Assembly: GCA_963710375.1 (NCBI GenBank)
Contig: CAVPZX010000004.1
Location: 224,001-288,000 of the forward strand
Direction: 5' to 3'
Source of the DNA: Nitrospirota bacterium
GTDB taxonomy: Bacteria > Nitrospirota > Thermodesulfovibrionia > Thermodesulfovibrionales > Dissulfurispiraceae
Length of the DNA: 64,000 nucleotides
Position numbers and translations under genes: made by a program. Below, one piece after another: positions 52,178 through 60,805 of the stretch. Numbering within the stretch: position 1 is the first letter of the stretch; every line of letters starts with the position of its first letter. A model generated the notes under the pieces. It was not told where the DNA came from, made no database searches, and worked only from the letters and a program-made list of their open reading frames with translations.

Positions 52178-53629
52178 GTGGCAAAATATGATTATGATAT
52201 AGGCATTCTGGGCGGCGGCGCAGCAGGCCTTACTATTGCGTCAGGAGCAGCACAGTTTGGCGCCAAGGCACTTCTTATAGAAAGGGAAAAATCATTGGGT
52301 GGAGACTGTCTTCATTTCGGTTGTGTTCCGAGTAAAACGCTTATCAGGACGGCAAATGTTTATCATCTCATGAAAACCGCCGAAAAATACGGTCTCCCGC
52401 ATGTTGATCTAAAGCCTGTGGATTATCGTGAAGTGGCAAAAAGGATCCAGTCGGTTATAAGTGTTATACAGGAGCATGATTCCGGCGAAAGGTTCTGTGA
52501 ACTGGGTGCAAGGGTTGAATTCGGGAATGCGAGCTTCACAGACGAGCATAGTGTCAGGTTAAATGGGGGAAAATATTCAGCTAAGAGCTGGGTCATCGCC
52601 ACAGGATCTTCACCTGCGATCCCTCCCATAGAAGGCATAGACAAGACTCCTTATATAACAAATAAAGAGATTTTTTCTCTGTCCAGTCTTCCAAAATCAA
52701 TGATAGCCATCGGAGGAGGCCCCATATCAAGCGAGTTAGCCCAGGCATTCAACAGACTAGGAACAAAGGTCACTGTGGTAGAACTCGGCAATCAGGTTCT
52801 AGGAGTTGAGGACAAAGACATGGCAGACCGTCTTATGAATGTCCTAATCTCCGAGGGCATAATATTCCATTTGAGCTCTTCAATCCTCTCGGTAAGAGAT
52901 CTTGGCAATGAAAAAGAAGTTGTTATTAAGGACAACGGTGGCAACACCCTGAGTCTAAGGGCCGAGACCATACTTGTTGCAGCCGGGAGACAAGCCAACC
53001 TGAAAGGACTCGGCATTGAGGACATCTCTCTCGAATTCGACAAAAAAGGCTTGAAAGTGGACGAGTGGCTGAGAACAAGCCATAGGCATATCTTTGCCGC
53101 AGGTGATGTCACAGGGGCCTATCAGTTTACCCATGCAGCCGGATATGAAGGCGGCATTGTGCTCAGCAATGCTATTCTTCACCTGCCGAGGGCAACGGAC
53201 TATACGAACTTTCCCTGGTGTACATATACCGACCCTGAGCTTGCAAGCATAGGAATGAACGAAAAAAGAGCCACAGCAGCGGGTATACATTATTCTGTCT
53301 GGACCGAAAAGTTTAAGACCAATGACAGAAGTCTCGCAGAAGGAGAAGAAGCAGGAATAATAAAGCTTCTCCTGGATGAGCACGAAAAACCTATCGGCAT
53401 CCAGATCCTGGGGCCTCAGGCAGGAGAATTGGTCAGTGAATGGGTGTCTATTATGAATGGAAAAGTTAAACTTTCTACTATTGCATCAGCCGTTCATCCT
53501 TATCCCACCCTCGGGGAGATCAATAAGAAAGTCGTTGGGAATTTTTTTTCCAGCAAGATTTTCTCCGACAAGGTAAAAAAGGCACTGAAATTCTTTTTTA
53601 ATCTAAAGGGGAGAGCTTGCGGAGCATAG
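52178..53629 (+). CDS. Class I pyridine nucleotide-disulfide oxidoreductase (LpdA/MerA-like)
   Basis: GGGAAG, GGDCLHFGCVPSK, GDV, HPYPTLGE. Confidence 0.9.
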   Translation: MAKYDYDIGILGGGAAGLTIASGAAQFGAKALLIEREKSLGGDCLHFGCVPSKTLIRTANVYHLMKTAEKYGLPHVDLKPVDYREVAKRIQSVISVIQEHDSGERFCELGARVEFGNASFTDEHSVRLNGGKYSAKSWVIATGSSPAIPPIEGIDKTPYITNKEIFSLSSLPKSMIAIGGGPISSELAQAFNRLGTKVTVVELGNQVLGVEDKDMADRLMNVLISEGIIFHLSSSILSVRDLGNEKEVVIKDNGGNTLSLRAETILVAAGRQANLKGLGIEDISLEFDKKGLKVDEWLRTSHRHIFAAGDVTGAYQFTHAAGYEGGIVLSNAILHLPRATDYTNFPWCTYTDPELASIGMNEKRATAAGIHYSVWTEKFKTNDRSLAEGEEAGIIKLLLDEHEKPIGIQILGPQAGELVSEWVSIMNGKVKLSTIASAVHPYPTLGEINKKVVGNFFSSKIFSDKVKKALKFFFNLKGRACGA

Positions 53630-53898
53630 TCGCCCTGCGGGCGTAAGCCCTGAACTGGCTGTTCTTTGTCCTTAGTTTCACTCAGTCTATCTGATTCATA
53701 CTGCCAATTACTGTCAGCAGCGGTGCCGAGGATTGCCGGTCTGCGGGTTCCAGCGTTGGAAAAAACAAAGCAAAATAATAGCTAATTTATAGTTTGCAGT
53801 TGTCACGGAGTATGCATCTGTGATAGTATGTAAGTAATATAGCCGTGATTTAATATTGAAATTAGAATCTGCAAATCGTATGGCAGGAGGTTACTGAC

Positions 53899-54072
53899 AT
53901 GCAGACAATTAAGGAACCAGAGACACCAGTACAGAAGGACAAGCAGTTTCAGTTGCGTATTCCGTTTGAGGTTTGGGACAAGGCCCGTAGGCTGGCAGGG
54001 GCAGAGGCGATCAGCCTGCATGATTTTATCATCGCAGCGTTGATCGAGAAAGTTGACAAAGGGGGCAAATAG
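53899..54072 (+). CDS. Small ribbon-helix-helix-like DNA-binding protein (57 aa)
   Basis: AGGAGG SD; KQFQLRIPFEVWDKARRLAGAEAISLHDFIIAALIEKV fits beta-helix-helix pattern. Confidence 0.6.
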   Translation: MQTIKEPETPVQKDKQFQLRIPFEVWDKARRLAGAEAISLHDFIIAALIEKVDKGGK

Positions 54073-54375
54073 ATGGCTAAGCCGGTTAAAAAAACATTGC
54101 GTGAAAAGTGCTTAGAGGACGCCAATAAAATCGATGAGCTTCGCTACTGCTTAGACCAGGACAGGCCGTACGAAGAGCTGGGCTTTTTCCGTGGGCGTCG
54201 GAGACCAGAAAAGGACGTTCTGGAAGGTGAGTGGTCGATTGCCGGGATTCTGGAGGAGGCCGCCTATATAATCGAACACATAAAAGAGGACGAACCCGAT
54301 CTAACCGCAGAGGACCGGTCGCAAATCCGCCAGTTGGAGAAGTTCATCAAAAAATGGCAGGACAAGAAAGCCTAG
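54073..54375 (+). CDS. Hypothetical protein
   Basis: Starts immediately after RHH gene stop; 100 aa. Confidence 0.6.
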   Translation: MAKPVKKTLREKCLEDANKIDELRYCLDQDRPYEELGFFRGRRRPEKDVLEGEWSIAGILEEAAYIIEHIKEDEPDLTAEDRSQIRQLEKFIKKWQDKKA

Positions 54376-54420
54376 AAAGAAGCCAGCCGGCGGTAAGTCG
54401 TATAACTCATCGGAAATAAT

Positions 54421-54444
54421 TGGCGGGAGCGTGTGGGAATCGAA
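54421..54444 (-). repeat. att-like duplication of tRNA-Sec 3' end (24 bp)
   Basis: TGGCGGGAGCGTGTGGGAATCGAA identical to 55273-55296. Confidence 0.9.
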
Positions 54445-54450
54445 GAGTAC

Positions 54451-54894
54451 CTATGCTTTATTTATAAGTGGTAAAAAGTTTGACAGGGAAATAACAATTA
54501 CGCCGTATTGCAACAACAGCGATGAAATCTTTTTATCGTCACTAATATCCTTATCACCGGTCAAAAGATAGTTTGCTTTTCCACGGATGGCAGTTTCAAT
54601 AATTATATTGTCATCCGGGTCACGGCACACAGTAATATCATTTTTCAGTGTCACATGTTCCGCTTTGTCTTTTATGAGCGTGACTAAATCCCGGATTTCT
54701 TTTTCAGGTATGTGATATTTCAAGGAAAACTTTGGACGGGTTAAAACTTCGTATATTTCTAAAATTTGCTGCTCGGATATAACAACACTGAATTTGCCTG
54801 TTTTCCACTCGTCAACTAGTTTTGTAGCGGTTGCTGATGTGGCAATGAGTCCAGATATCCAAATATTGGTATCTATTACGACTTTAACAGGCAC
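54451..54894 (-). CDS. PIN-domain toxin (VapC-like)
   Basis: VVIDTNIWIS, CRDPDDN, LLTGDKD. Confidence 0.9.
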   Translation of the reverse strand: MPVKVVIDTNIWISGLIATSATATKLVDEWKTGKFSVVISEQQILEIYEVLTRPKFSLKYHIPEKEIRDLVTLIKDKAEHVTLKNDITVCRDPDDNIIIETAIRGKANYLLTGDKDISDDKKISSLLLQYGVIVISLSNFLPLINKA

Positions 54895-55123
54895 GCCTGC
54901 TCTTACGCACTTCTTTGATCGCGTCTTTTATGTCAGTTTCTATTTCCTTTGTAGAGAACATGGCAGTCTTGCTGCGGATAGATTTGAGTGCCTTGTCAAA
55001 TTTTCTCTGCCAGTCCTTGTCAGAAAGAATCTGTATCTGGACCTGCTGTTTATCTTTAAGACGTATTTTTTTTAACGGTTTAAAAACACCGTTTTCATAA
55101 ATAGCATCGATAGTTTTTGGCAT
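54884..55123 (-). CDS. Antitoxin, DUF104/AF2212-like
   Basis: IDAIYENGVFKPL; overlaps toxin start. Confidence 0.85.
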   Translation of the reverse strand: MPKTIDAIYENGVFKPLKKIRLKDKQQVQIQILSDKDWQRKFDKALKSIRSKTAMFSTKEIETDIKDAIKEVRKSRRAC

Positions 55124-55272
55124 TTTATTCCTCCGTGTCTTAACGATAGCATATGGTCATTAGAGGACGCAACCGGCAAAAAGACCATAAGAATATGTTT
55201 ATCTGTTCACGGTTTGTTCACGCTATTTCTTTACATATCATTCAGCTAACTTAATCTAATTAAATGATAAAG

Positions 55273-55370
55273 TGGCGGGAGCGTGTGGGAATCGAACCCA
55301 CCCTGCCGGTTTGTGGCCGGCAACACTGGATTTGAAGTCCAGGAGGGACACCAGAACCCTATGCACTCCC
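55273..55370 (-). tRNA. selC: tRNA-Sec (anticodon TCA)
   Basis: 98 nt; anticodon loop CTTCAAA, long variable arm TGCCGG/CCGGCA, GTGGG-TTCGATT-CCCAC T arm, GCCA end. Confidence 0.93.
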
Positions 55371-55590
55371 AAATGTTTGAAATATTTGTAATTTTACCAC
55401 CTTTTTATCGTCATTCTCAAGCGTTAAATTTTGCTGTGTATATCAGTGTCATATGGCATGTCTGTAGAAGTTGTACCGCCTACCTTTTTTTGCTATCCTT
55501 ATACATAACATCTCCGGCCTTTGGCAACGGAGCGGTTATTGATGGATTTCGAGATAAGAATGCACAAGCATTTGACAATAGGAGGGAGCT

Positions 55591-56010
55591 ATGAGAACAA
55601 CGTCTAAAGTGCTTGTCATTTGGGCGGTGATGGTCGTGCTGTTTGCAGGGTGTGCGAGTCTCCAGCCGCAGGTTGCTTTGAGCGAGAAAGAGAGCAAAAA
55701 AGTCGTGGAGTTGAAAGCAGAAAGCTTCAAATTCGAACCCAACAATATAAGGGTCTTTGAAGGAGATACGATCCTTTTCCGCATAGAAAACAGTTCTGAT
55801 TCGGCTCACAACTTTACGATCACAAACCCTCAGCAGCAGATACTACAGAGCGTGGATCTTCCTGCCAAGAAAGCGGTGGATATCAACGTCTCCTTTGCAG
55901 AGCCCGGAGTCTACGAGTTCTACTGTGACAAACCCTTTCATTCCTTATTTGGCATGAAGGGACAGGTTGAAGTGGTGAAGAAACCTCTGGGTAGTGATGA
56001 GGGTAAATGA
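55591..56010 (+). CDS. Cupredoxin-domain lipoprotein
   Basis: Lipobox FAGC, HNF, FYCDKPFH...GM Cu ligands. Confidence 0.85.
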   Translation: MRTTSKVLVIWAVMVVLFAGCASLQPQVALSEKESKKVVELKAESFKFEPNNIRVFEGDTILFRIENSSDSAHNFTITNPQQQILQSVDLPAKKAVDINVSFAEPGVYEFYCDKPFHSLFGMKGQVEVVKKPLGSDEGK

Positions 56011-56498
56011 TGGGTGAGGGAGTAAAAACAACGCTGATCCTTGCACTCTTCTGTTTCTTTTATGCTGCGGCATCATCGGCCCAACCAGGTGATGTCGTGC
56101 ATGGCGACGACATCCTCGGCATGTGGCTGAACGAGGAGCGTGACGCCAAAATCGAGATATACAAGTGCGGGGAGGAATACTGCGGCAGAGTCGTCTGGAT
56201 GAAGAAGCCGGTCTATCCGGTGGGAGATTCTCATGGCCGGGCCGGACAGCCAAGGCTGGATGATAATAACACTGATCCAGGACTCAGAAACCGTCCGATA
56301 GCGGGTCTTAAGATTATGGACGGCTTCATCTTTGACGGAAAGAATGAATGGCAGCGGGGCACGGTCTATGATCCAAAGAATGGCAAAACATATAAAGGAA
56401 AGATGTCCCTTGCCACTCCGGATGCCCTGCGTCTAAGGGGATATGTCCTTTTTCCGATCTTCGGGCGCACTGCCGCATGGACGCGAGTGGACCGCTGA
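56007..56498 (+). CDS. DUF2147 family exported protein
   Basis: G.W, IYKCG, D.NN.DP.LR.RP, YDPKNGKTY, LRGY. Confidence 0.85.
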   Translation: MMGEGVKTTLILALFCFFYAAASSAQPGDVVHGDDILGMWLNEERDAKIEIYKCGEEYCGRVVWMKKPVYPVGDSHGRAGQPRLDDNNTDPGLRNRPIAGLKIMDGFIFDGKNEWQRGTVYDPKNGKTYKGKMSLATPDALRLRGYVLFPIFGRTAAWTRVDR

Positions 56499-56550
56499 CC
56501 GGCGGCTCTGACCCTCTGCGGGAAATGGTTGAATCAGGGAGCACACCTCT

Positions 56551-57978
56551 ATGGAAGTCTTAATTATAAGTACTAACACTAACCGCCTTCCCATGCCTGT
56601 CATGCCATACGGGGCTTGTATTGTTGCGGAGGCCGCGGAAAGGGCCGGGCATGGAGTGAAACTATTGGATTTAATGTTCGAACACAATTCATTACTAGCA
56701 GTGGAATCTGCGCTGCTGCATCATACATACGACGTCATCGGGCTTTCCATACGAAATATCGATAATAACGACATTCAGCATCCAGCTTTCTTTTTGAAAG
56801 ATCTAAGGCCTATTGTGCGCACCATACGGGCATTTTCTGATGCCCCTATAGTCCTCGGAGGCGCAGCCCTTGGGGTCATGCCTGAGGAAATTTTAAAGTA
56901 TTCCGGTGCATCATACGCAATTATCGGAGAAGGGGACCGGACGTTTATAATCTTGCTCAAGGCCATATCATCCTCTAATCCGCCATACCGCATTCCTGGC
57001 GTTGCATGGATAGAAGACGGAGTTTACCGGCATATCCCACGTGTGCCAGGCAGTTGCTCCGGCACGTGCATTGTGCCCGATTACCACCACTGGATTGATG
57101 TTAAAGCATATGCTTCGGGGATGGCTACAGTTCCGGTACAAACAAAGCTTGGCTGTCATTTCAGATGCGTCTATTGCACCTATCAAAAAATCGAAGGTTC
57201 GGGGTATCGGCTCGCATCTCCCGAGAGCGTTTCTGACGCGATAGGGCGGCTTGAAGCGGATGGGTTTCGGAACATAGAATTCGTAGATAACGTCTTTAAT
57301 TCTCCGCATGATCATGCCCTGGATATATGTGACAGACTGGCCCGCATGCGTCATAGAACCCGGTTACAGAGCATCGAACTCAATCCACTCCACTTTGATC
57401 ATGAATTAATGAATGCTATGGAACATGCAGGTTTTGTCGGCATAGGAATAACCGCAGAAAGCGCATCGGGGCAGGTGCTCAAGGGGTTGGGAAAAGGATT
57501 TTCAGAGGAAACGGTCTATCAGGCGGCCCGTGTCGTAAAAAACTGCAAGTTCCCATGCCTATGGATATTTCTCATAGGTGGACCGGGTGAAACGAAACGA
57601 ACGGTTGAAGAAACATTGCGTTTTGCGTCTACACAGATTCGCCGCGGTGACACCATTTTTTTCAATGCGGGAATACGTATTTATCCAGGGACAGAGCTCG
57701 AAGCGATTGCAAGGACCGAGGGGGTGCTCACCATCCCGAGGGATGACATGCTTGAACCTGTCTTTTATTTTTCTCCGGAGATAGAATTGGAATGGGTTGA
57801 CCGCCGGTTAAGAGAATTCATTGATACTCATTTAAACGTCGTCAATTCTGATGCCATCAGCCTTCCGCTACTAATAAAAATTAACCGGTTCGCCGGGCGC
57901 TTGGGAGTTCAGCCTCCCTTATGGAGGCACACACGTCCTATCAGGCGTATTCTGCGATACACAGGAGTTTATCGATGA
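56551..57978 (+). CDS. B12-binding radical SAM protein
   Basis: N-terminal cobalamin-binding domain (GLSIRNIDN), CHFRCVYC, GIRIYPGT. Confidence 0.9.
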   Translation: MEVLIISTNTNRLPMPVMPYGACIVAEAAERAGHGVKLLDLMFEHNSLLAVESALLHHTYDVIGLSIRNIDNNDIQHPAFFLKDLRPIVRTIRAFSDAPIVLGGAALGVMPEEILKYSGASYAIIGEGDRTFIILLKAISSSNPPYRIPGVAWIEDGVYRHIPRVPGSCSGTCIVPDYHHWIDVKAYASGMATVPVQTKLGCHFRCVYCTYQKIEGSGYRLASPESVSDAIGRLEADGFRNIEFVDNVFNSPHDHALDICDRLARMRHRTRLQSIELNPLHFDHELMNAMEHAGFVGIGITAESASGQVLKGLGKGFSEETVYQAARVVKNCKFPCLWIFLIGGPGETKRTVEETLRFASTQIRRGDTIFFNAGIRIYPGTELEAIARTEGVLTIPRDDMLEPVFYFSPEIELEWVDRRLREFIDTHLNVVNSDAISLPLLIKINRFAGRLGVQPPLWRHTRPIRRILRYTGVYR

Positions 57979-59042
57979 ACAAAGCGATTGATCACCCGGT
58001 CTACATAGCATCTCTGGCGACAGCAACGCCGCCTTCCACTTTCTCCCAGAGCTATGCAAAGGAGGTGCTTTCAAGGCGCTTTGCTGACATACTAACTCAT
58101 AGGAGTCTGGCAATATTGCGGATGCTATTCGATCACCCCAGCATCAAGCAGCGCCATTACGCTCATGATGATCCCGAGCGTATTCCTGACGAAACACCTG
58201 ACGACCGTATTGCCCGGTTCACTCGCTGGGCTATTGACCTGTCTGCCGAGGCGGCGACAAAGGCTCTTGCCCTGGCCGGCCTCGACGTCTCATCGGTTTC
58301 CGGACTCGTTGTCAATACATGCACGGGGTATATATGTCCGGGAATATCGACGTACCTGATAGAACGGATGGGTCTGCGCCGGACAACACCGGTGTTCGAT
58401 CTCGTCGGAAGCGGCTGCGGAGGCGCAATCCCGAATTTGCAGGTTGCCTCGGCGCTTTTGAGCGGTATTGAGGACGGAGTGGTGGTAAGCATATCAGTAG
58501 AGATCTGCAGCGCTACATTTCAGATAGGCAATGACCTTAGCCTGCTCGTTTCCAATTCGCTTTTCGGAGACGGGGCAGCTGCAGCGGTTATTTGGAGGCG
58601 CCCCTCGGGGCTTGAGCTTGTTGCCTCCTCCAGCTATTATGCACCTGAACACAGGGAATCGATAAGGTATGTCCATAAGAACGGGCAGCTTTACAACCAG
58701 CTTTCGATGCAGCTGCCGAATCTCGTGAAGGTCGCCGCTGCGGAAGTAGTGGATGCACTGTTAACACCGCGCAAACTCCGCACCGGAGACATCGCTCACT
58801 GGGCGATTCACACGGGAGGAGAGAAGATTTTAAATGCTGTAAGAGATAAGTTGGGGCTGGAAGAATCGCAGTTAAAAGCGAGCAGAAATGTTCTGGAAAA
58901 CTACGGCAATATGTCCTCTCCGACAGCGCTGTACGTCCTTGATGAAATCATGGGGAATGGCCTTAAGGCTGGTGAACTGTGTCTGATGGTCGCCTTCGGA
59001 GCCGGGCTGTCAGCCCATGCGCTGCTGTTGCAAAAAAAGTAG
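57975..59042 (+). CDS. Type III polyketide synthase
   Basis: Catalytic triad GSGCGG / HTGG / GNMSS, AFGAG; ATGA overlap with rSAM stop. Confidence 0.9.
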   Translation: MNKAIDHPVYIASLATATPPSTFSQSYAKEVLSRRFADILTHRSLAILRMLFDHPSIKQRHYAHDDPERIPDETPDDRIARFTRWAIDLSAEAATKALALAGLDVSSVSGLVVNTCTGYICPGISTYLIERMGLRRTTPVFDLVGSGCGGAIPNLQVASALLSGIEDGVVVSISVEICSATFQIGNDLSLLVSNSLFGDGAAAAVIWRRPSGLELVASSSYYAPEHRESIRYVHKNGQLYNQLSMQLPNLVKVAAAEVVDALLTPRKLRTGDIAHWAIHTGGEKILNAVRDKLGLEESQLKASRNVLENYGNMSSPTALYVLDEIMGNGLKAGELCLMVAFGAGLSAHALLLQKK

Positions 59043-59088
59043 ATAAAGAGTCGGGATTAAGGTGACAGAGCATAAACATGATATAATT

Positions 59089-59258
59089 GGTAGTGGGCCA
59101 GTTTGTTTTTTCTCTTTATCACCTGGGTTATCAGTAGTGGGCGAGTAACGCCGAGCCCACCTATATAGAAGTGGCGACCACAGATAATGCGCAATATAGA
59201 CCAGTGATTGAATTAGACGGCTAATTGATACAGAGCAAAAACAAACTGGCCCACTACC
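59089..59258. mobile_element. 170-bp MITE with ~33-bp TIRs and 8-bp target duplication
   Basis: GGTAGTGGGCCAGTTTGTTTTT...AAAAACAAACTGGCCCACTACC; flanks ATATAATT / ATATAATC. Confidence 0.75.
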
Positions 59259-59334
59259 ATATAATCGGTTAACTTGATAATATCTGTATAATGTTGGATA
59301 GATTATTCTCTTCAGTAAGGAGAGTGAGGTTCTC

Positions 59335-60459
59335 ATGGCCCTCGTAATAGGTGTTCCAAAAGAGACGGTTAAGGGTGAGAATCGTGTTTCGGTCGTGCCT
59401 GAGGTTGCTAAGAAATTCAGGGCGCTGGGGGCGGATTTATGTATAGAGACCGGCGCCGGTGCCGGGAGCAGTTTCCGGGATGAGGATTTCGGGGAGGTGG
59501 ATATTGCTGCAGATGCTTCCGAGGTACATGCCAAATCCCAGGTCATCTTCAAGGTGCAGGCGCCTGCCTATGACGAAATTCGTGCGATGCACCAGGGCAG
59601 TATATTGATCGCTTTCCTCCGTCCCTTTGAGGACCCGGAACGTGCAAAACTATTATGTGATAGGAATATCACCAGCTTTGCCGTCGAAATGGTTCCGCGC
59701 ATTTCCCGCGCACAGAGCATGGACGCGCTCAGCTCACAGGCTACGGTGGCAGGTTATCTCTGTGCAATTATAGCTGCCGGGAAATGCCCGAAATTTTTTC
59801 CCATGATAACGTCAGCCGCAGGAACCCTGCGGCCGGCCCGGGTTCTGGTAATAGGCGTAGGGGTTGCAGGGCTGCAGGCGATAGCGACTGCCCACCGCCT
59901 CGGTGCGATTGTTGAAGCCTATGACGTGCGCCCTGAAACCAGGGAACAGGCTGAATCGGTCGGCGCAAGATTCATAGACACCGGTGTGTCTGCGAGCGGC
60001 GCCGGCGGGTATGCGAGGGAACTGACAGCAGAAGAAAGAAAGCTCCAGAACGAAAAGCTAGCAAAGGCTATTTCCCAGGTGGACGTACTGATCACCACGG
60101 CTGCCTTGCCCGGCAAAAAAAGCCCCCTTATCGTAACCAGTGAGATGGTGGCAGGGATGAAATGGGGCGCTATCGTTGTGGATATGGCTTCGGAAGGGGG
60201 TGGCAATGTCGCAGGTACACGGGCAGGCGAGACTGTGGTCATTGGCGGTGTCACCATCCTTGGTCCCGTCAACCTGCCATCACTCATGCCGGTCCATGCC
60301 TCGGAAATGTATTCCAGGAACCTGTTTAATTTTTTATCCCCTCATATTAAAGACGGCGCAATTAGCCTCGACTGGAGCGACGAGATCATTGCCGGAACCG
60401 TCTTTACACGTGGGGGAGAGATTCGAAATGAAAGCGTTAAAAGGGCATTGGGACTTTAA
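59335..60459 (+). CDS. pntA: NAD(P) transhydrogenase alpha subunit part 1
   Basis: GVPKE...ENRV, PRISRAQSMDALSSQ, GVAGLQA, GGYA. Confidence 0.93.
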   Translation: MALVIGVPKETVKGENRVSVVPEVAKKFRALGADLCIETGAGAGSSFRDEDFGEVDIAADASEVHAKSQVIFKVQAPAYDEIRAMHQGSILIAFLRPFEDPERAKLLCDRNITSFAVEMVPRISRAQSMDALSSQATVAGYLCAIIAAGKCPKFFPMITSAAGTLRPARVLVIGVGVAGLQAIATAHRLGAIVEAYDVRPETREQAESVGARFIDTGVSASGAGGYARELTAEERKLQNEKLAKAISQVDVLITTAALPGKKSPLIVTSEMVAGMKWGAIVVDMASEGGGNVAGTRAGETVVIGGVTILGPVNLPSLMPVHASEMYSRNLFNFLSPHIKDGAISLDWSDEIIAGTVFTRGGEIRNESVKRALGL

Positions 60460-60462
60460 AAG

Positions 60463-60762
60463 ATGGAAGGTTTTGTCGCACTCTATATAATTATGCTGGC
60501 TGCGTTTACCGGCTATGAAGTGATTTCGAGGGTACCCGTAATACTTCACACGCCTCTTATGTCCGGCTCGAATTTCGTGCATGGCGTGGTGCTGGTGGGC
60601 GCGATGGTCGCACTGGGACAGGCACATACGCCATTTGAGCAGGCAATAGGCTTTTTTGCGGTCCTGCTCGGGGCGGCAAATGCGGTAGGGGGTTACGTGG
60701 TCACGGAACGTATGCTCGCAATGTTTAAAAGTGAAAAGAACAAGGCTTCTGCAAAAAAGTGA
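60463..60762 (+). CDS. NAD(P) transhydrogenase alpha subunit part 2
   Basis: LHTPLMSGSN, GGY.VT.RML.MF. Confidence 0.93.
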   Translation: MEGFVALYIIMLAAFTGYEVISRVPVILHTPLMSGSNFVHGVVLVGAMVALGQAHTPFEQAIGFFAVLLGAANAVGGYVVTERMLAMFKSEKNKASAKK

Positions 60763-60805
60763 AAATGATTAATACGCATTTTGCAAGTTCCGCGAAAGTT
60801 GCCCT

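Noticed and set aside
52178..53629. Mercuric reductase MerA
   Set aside because: Lacks the C-terminal vicinal CC pair, NmerA domain and mer operon context
55283..55594. 103-aa ORF over tRNA-Sec
   Set aside because: Antisense translation of selC plus spacer
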